Shown piece by piece: positions 59,145 to 64,000 of a stretch of DNA of 64,000 nucleotides (its first letter is position 1; the number at the start of each line of letters is the position of its first letter). The stretch is from the human T2T-CHM13v2.0 reference genome, Homo sapiens. The translations under genes were made by a program, and so were the position numbers. The stretch lies in assembly GCF_009914755.1 (NCBI RefSeq), contig NC_060928.1. One strand, written 5' to 3'. A model generated the notes under the pieces. The model was not told the origin of the DNA, did no database searches, and saw only the letters and a list, made by a program, of their open reading frames with translations.

Positions 59145-60644
59145 TGATATTTTTTAATGGCACATTTATTTTTATAAAAAATTTATGACAATGCTTTATT
59201 TCTGGAACATTTCTTACCATGCTCATTAAGACTTGCTAAGTTACTGGAGCTCCATCTCAGTCAAATACTGTGGTGATCCTGCTATCAAATGACCTATGTT
59301 TTCCTGTATCTCAATGTCTCCAATAGCTTCTAAAGTATGAATTTCAGGATACATTGTTCAATTGTTTTGTTTTTAAGGATTGCTAGAGTAAGAGGTCACT
59401 TAGAAAAATCGATGTTTGAAACAAAAAAGGAAGGAATACAAACAAAAATCACTATAAAGATATCAAAGAAATTCATAAAAAAATCAAAAGTGACTTCACA
59501 TAGCTGATATTTCTGTTATTCTTGAAATCTGTGAGAGGTTTACTAGATGTTTTGTTTGGTTTTGTGGATGAAAATAAAATATAATAATGTTATACTCTCA
59601 TAGTTTACATTTTTCAATATGCTATTTTCACCATCTCTATAGACTAGCGCTTATTGTGTTTTGCTTCCTAATGGGAGAAGCATGTATGCCTTGGTGTATG
59701 TGTTTATGTGTGTGTGTATATGTGTTTTGGGAAGTTTGATATGTTGATAGAAGAGAAGATTCTCTTCTTCATTGATTCAATTAAGTCCTAGGGTTGCCAA
59801 GGGTTGTTTCATTGCCATGGAAATACAACACTTACTTTGTAACAATAACTATCGTCACTTTTTTGAATAGTTTTGATCCTGGGGAGTCTAGCATCAGGAT
59901 GTTCTTGTCTATCCTAAGAAATAATATGAGCTCTTTAATAAATTTATTTTATGTCCCTTTATTTACCTGTGGCTTTCAAGTTACGAAAGTCTTTTATCCT
60001 GTGCTGTTGTAGTCAAGCATGGGCCTAAACCAGAAAGGCAAGAAAAATGAGTCCTTACATAGTTAGGTGGAGAAAGCTAACCGTCTAGAACCAAAGCTTA
60101 CAAAAATCTCTCACTATAAAATTTACCATATTTCAGGATGCATTTTATTTTATATAATGAAGAATTAAAACAGGATTGAGGAATGAACGCAATTATTTAA
60201 TAAGAGAAATGCTTGCATTAAAAACAAAACAAAATGAAATGAAGGCAACTGATTTATTAAAGGAATTTAATAAATTCCAAAGTAAGCTAAGAATAGTCCA
60301 ATGAGCATCTAGGAGAAAGCAGTAAGATGTTCTAAATTTAATCTACATAAAGAGGCTCAATAAAGATGAGGAGAATAAGATAATTTGGAGGAAATAATAT
60401 ACTAGAACTTTTTGGAAAGCTGAATTCAAATTTTTAGATCTTTTTCCAATAACTGATTCAACTCCTTTCATTCATAATAATTGTTTTTTTTTCTTGCAAA
60501 TATTATTTTAATAAGAAATCAGAGAGGTTTGAAATAGGCACTTGACCTGATAGGAAATATTAATTTGCTGTTGTAAGAATTCTTGTATTTGTACTATATG
60601 GTATAGAGATTTGATGAGTTAATTAGTTGGCCTGTCTCTTTTCT

Positions 60645-60895
60645 TTTGGTATATGTTGATATATCATAGTTGTACATATTTTTAGAGTACATGTGATATT
60701 TTGATATATGTATACAATGTATAATAATCAAAGTAGGGTATTTGGAATATCTGTCACCTCTAACATCTATCTTTTCTCTGTATTGGAAATATAACATTTC
60801 TTCTAGCTATTTTGAAATATCAAATAAATTATTGGTTAACTATAATTTTACCTCTGTGTTTTCAAATTCTAGAATGTATTATTTCTATCTAACAA
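60645..60895 (-). mobile_element. L1MA 3' end fragment
   Basis: gtacatgtgatattttgat...ttctagctattttgaaatat...gttaactataattt. Confidence 0.8.
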
Positions 60896-61444
60896 TATTT
60901 GTTTCTTAAAAATCAGTTTTTACAATGAGTGTATTTTGACTTTGATTCTCTATTAATTTATTGTGGAATTCATATGAAAATTTATTCTAGGGTCAGGTTT
61001 TTAACCCAAATTTCTATTAGTAAACTCTGGCTCCCTTAGAAAAGTGATGCTAAGCTTTCTGGTAATATTTTAAAAGACTACTTGGTGAAGTCTAGAACTT
61101 TTAACAACAACAACAAAAATCTAGAATCAAACATTCAGGTTTTTTTTTTCAGACAAGTCTTATCTTCATGAACTAGTTATCTGTTTTTCAACATATTTTA
61201 TCTACAATATTTATCACATAAAGCATTGCATTTCTTATCCAAGTCATAATGTAAGTTCCAATTTCTGCTACAATGGCATATTTTCGTTTCTTAGAGTTAC
61301 TATGTTCAGCAAAATTACAAACAAAGCCAGTAAATTTTTTGGTCAACATAGGATTAGGTACAGACTACTTCAAACCTAAACAACTCTGTAACCAGAGCGC
61401 TAAAATTAATGTTAATAATAATCCTAATAAAAATAATAAAACGA

Positions 61445-61645
61445 AATCTAATATAAACAAAGGACTTTGGGTGACTATGATGTGTCAATGTAGGTTTATC
61501 AATTGTAACAAATGTCCCACCCTGGTGGTGGATGTTTACTAAACGGGAACCCATGCATATGTGAGGGCAAGAGATATATGGGAAATATTTGTAGTCTCAA
61601 GTTTTCTGTGAACCTAAAACCGCCTTAAAAATCTATTTTTTAAAT
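61445..61645 (+). mobile_element. L1MC1/2-like 3' end
   Basis: ggactttgggtgactatgatgtgtcaatgtaggtttatcaattgtaacaaatg...ctgtgaacctaaaac. Confidence 0.8.
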
Positions 61646-62841
61646 GTTAGCTTGGTTTAAAAGACATTTTAAATCACCAATAAGTAAATACTAACAATTA
61701 TTTATTTTCCCTTTTAAAAAAGGCAATGGAAGGTTGTGTGAAAAAGAGTTAAGGCTGCCCAGCGTAGGCATAAAGGGAAATGCACAAATAAATGCAAAGA
61801 ATGAGGCAATTGACACTTCCAATACAGTGGCCAAGCAGAACCAAGGAAAGATTGTAGATTATTGTAATCTCCCAGGTCGTACTTTATTTAGCTCTGTGAA
61901 TGACAGAACTTCGTATTCAGCTATAGTCAGCATGTGACATAAAACCTAACGTGGAGAAAATTGATATCACTTCCATATTCTGCTGATATTGTTTCCTCCA
62001 ACTGCCTGTTAGCCAGATCACATTACAGAAACATCTTTACCATAATAGATTATATATACTTAAGCTCCCAATTATCATATTAATATAGAAGTGCAACGTA
62101 ATTTAACTTTCTGACCTGTCCCTCTCTCTTTTTTCATGGAAGAATTCCAGAACTTACACATTTACTGAAAACAAAAGACATTCATAATATTTATTATGAT
62201 TTATTATGGTTTATATTGTACAATTTCTCACTTGGTATTGTTTATTTTTAGGTACATGTCTCAGCTTGTATGTCCATTTTCCCCATGCCATGGCTATGAG
62301 AGACCACTTGCTAGGCTACTGAGGCCAAGTTGCTTAGTGTCCATCATTGAGAGACACCCCAATCAAATCCTCTCATCATAAAATTGCTGAGGAATTTGGT
62401 GTTCAGCCCGAGTAGGCATCCAAATTCACTTAGCTTCTTACATCCTTCTATGTGGAGATGTTACTTTCATGGCCTTGGGTCTCAATACAGTGTTCACTAC
62501 TTTGCATTCTTCCTTCCCTAACTAAGCGGATCCCAAAAATCTGAATTCAAAGCTCTCTTTCTTCAAACTTTTATCGTACCTCAGCTACTGTATTATACCT
62601 CTTCCTTTGAAATCTTAGATTTTGGACAGCAGTCTGGCTTTGTATTTGTGTTCAGGACCACCCATTTTTGCATGCCTGTATCTTTACAAGGCATTGAAAT
62701 GCAAAAAAAGTAATAATAAAAAAATAGGTGTATAAGGCAGGGAGAGAGTTTTACCTAAAGAAAAAATAGAATTATTCAGTCATGACCAGAAATTGCTGGG
62801 CGTTGGATGGTAGGGATTAGGCAAAAGTGCAAGGGTAAGAA

Positions 62842-63398
62842 TTTTGTTTTGTTTGTTTTATAGATTTAATGGGGTTCATGTTCCAGTTTGTTTCATGGAT
62901 ATATTTCACAGTGGTGAGGTCTAGGCTTCTAATGTGTCCCCATCTCCTGAAAAGTGAATATTATACCCAATAGGTAATTTTTCAGCCCTGACTTCCTTCC
63001 CCTGACCCTTTTTGGGGGAGCCTCCAATACATGCAATATTTTAAGATATGTGTACCATGTGCAATGATCAAATCAGGGTAATTGGGATAGCCATGATCTC
63101 AAACATTAAACTTTTCTTTGTGTCTAATGTAACACATTCTTCTAGTTATTTTAAAATATACAATAAATTATGGTTAACTATAATTTCACAACTCTATAAT
63201 CAAGTACTAGAACTTATTATATGTATCTAACAATATGTGTTTCTCCCATGTGGATATGCTGCCTCTATTATTCCTAGTGGCAACTATTCCCCTCTGCATG
63301 TCCATGTATACCCACTGTTCAGGATTTAAAAATGACAACATGTGGTATTTGATTTCCTGCTTCTGAGTCATTTCACTCAGGATAACAGCTTCCAGCTG
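62842..63398 (-). mobile_element. L1PB4-like 3' end interrupted by an L1MA-like segment (~63028-63244)
   Basis: catggatatatttcacagtggtgaggtctaggc...ggagcctccaat, resuming at ctctgcatgtccatgtataccc. Confidence 0.7.
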
Positions 63399-63964
63399 TT
63401 ATATATCCCATGTGATATATAACATCTATAGTATCCCATCGTGACACAAAGGACTACCAGTTTATGACACAAAAGAAAGGTAAATTGGTATGGACAACCT
63501 GAAATGCTACAGTAGAAAATTTAACTCTTAAATTAGTATGTAATTCATTTTCAAGTTTTTTTTTGGTTAACTGTTAGATTCAGGAAGCTGCAGTTTTGAA
63601 TATAGTTATATGTTCATCCCACAGCTCAAGTTTTCAAAATTTAAAATAAAAGGAAAAACTGGGTGTTACTTATGTGTCTCTTTCAGCTCAAAATTTTATG
63701 AAGTCATGAGATCCCGTCTTTCACTACCTGGGGGGCTATTTCTAACAAGTGATAGATTTGAATTCAAAACATTATGTCATAGGTAACTGGTCTAAGAATA
63801 CTTAAGTTGAGAAAAAACCTTTTTTATCAAAATAAAAGATGTTTACAATGACACTTTTTAGTTTATATAGTATATACATTGCTGGAGGAAGTTTTATCTT
63901 CCTGCCAATATTACACTCTGATGGTGTTAAAATTCTCTAAAATGGTTTAACATGGAAATGCAAA

Positions 63965-64000
63965 TACACACAAACACACACACACACACACACACACACA
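63965..64000. repeat. (CA)n microsatellite running off the window edge
   Basis: Direct observation. Confidence 0.95.

Overview
AT-rich, repeat-dense human DNA (human-specific AluYa5 and AluYg6 copies are present) with no supportable host protein-coding gene, RNA gene or CRISPR array. Every substantial ORF in the track is a broken L1 ORF1/ORF2 fragment or an Alu/LTR/microsatellite artefact. The window holds several L1PA/L1M copies, seven Alus, MaLR/ERV solo LTRs, MIR/L2 remnants and microsatellites. I did not find a convincing new biological system. The most notable structures are: (1) a ~180-bp inverted repeat of apparently non-TE sequence at 1072-1984 with a 73-bp perfect inner core; (2) a TSD-flanked L1PA3-5 whose 5'UTR is joined exactly at the known 97/622 splice sites (a SpIRE); (3) a MER11C LTR inserted antisense inside a MER11A LTR inside an L1, each with its own TSD; (4) two cases of the same L1-endonuclease target being reused; (5) a probable L1 3' transduction, a twin-primed L1MA, an ORF1-less L1 and short local templated duplications. 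Subfamily names come from recalled consensus diagnostics, not a database search, and boundaries of old repeats are approximate.
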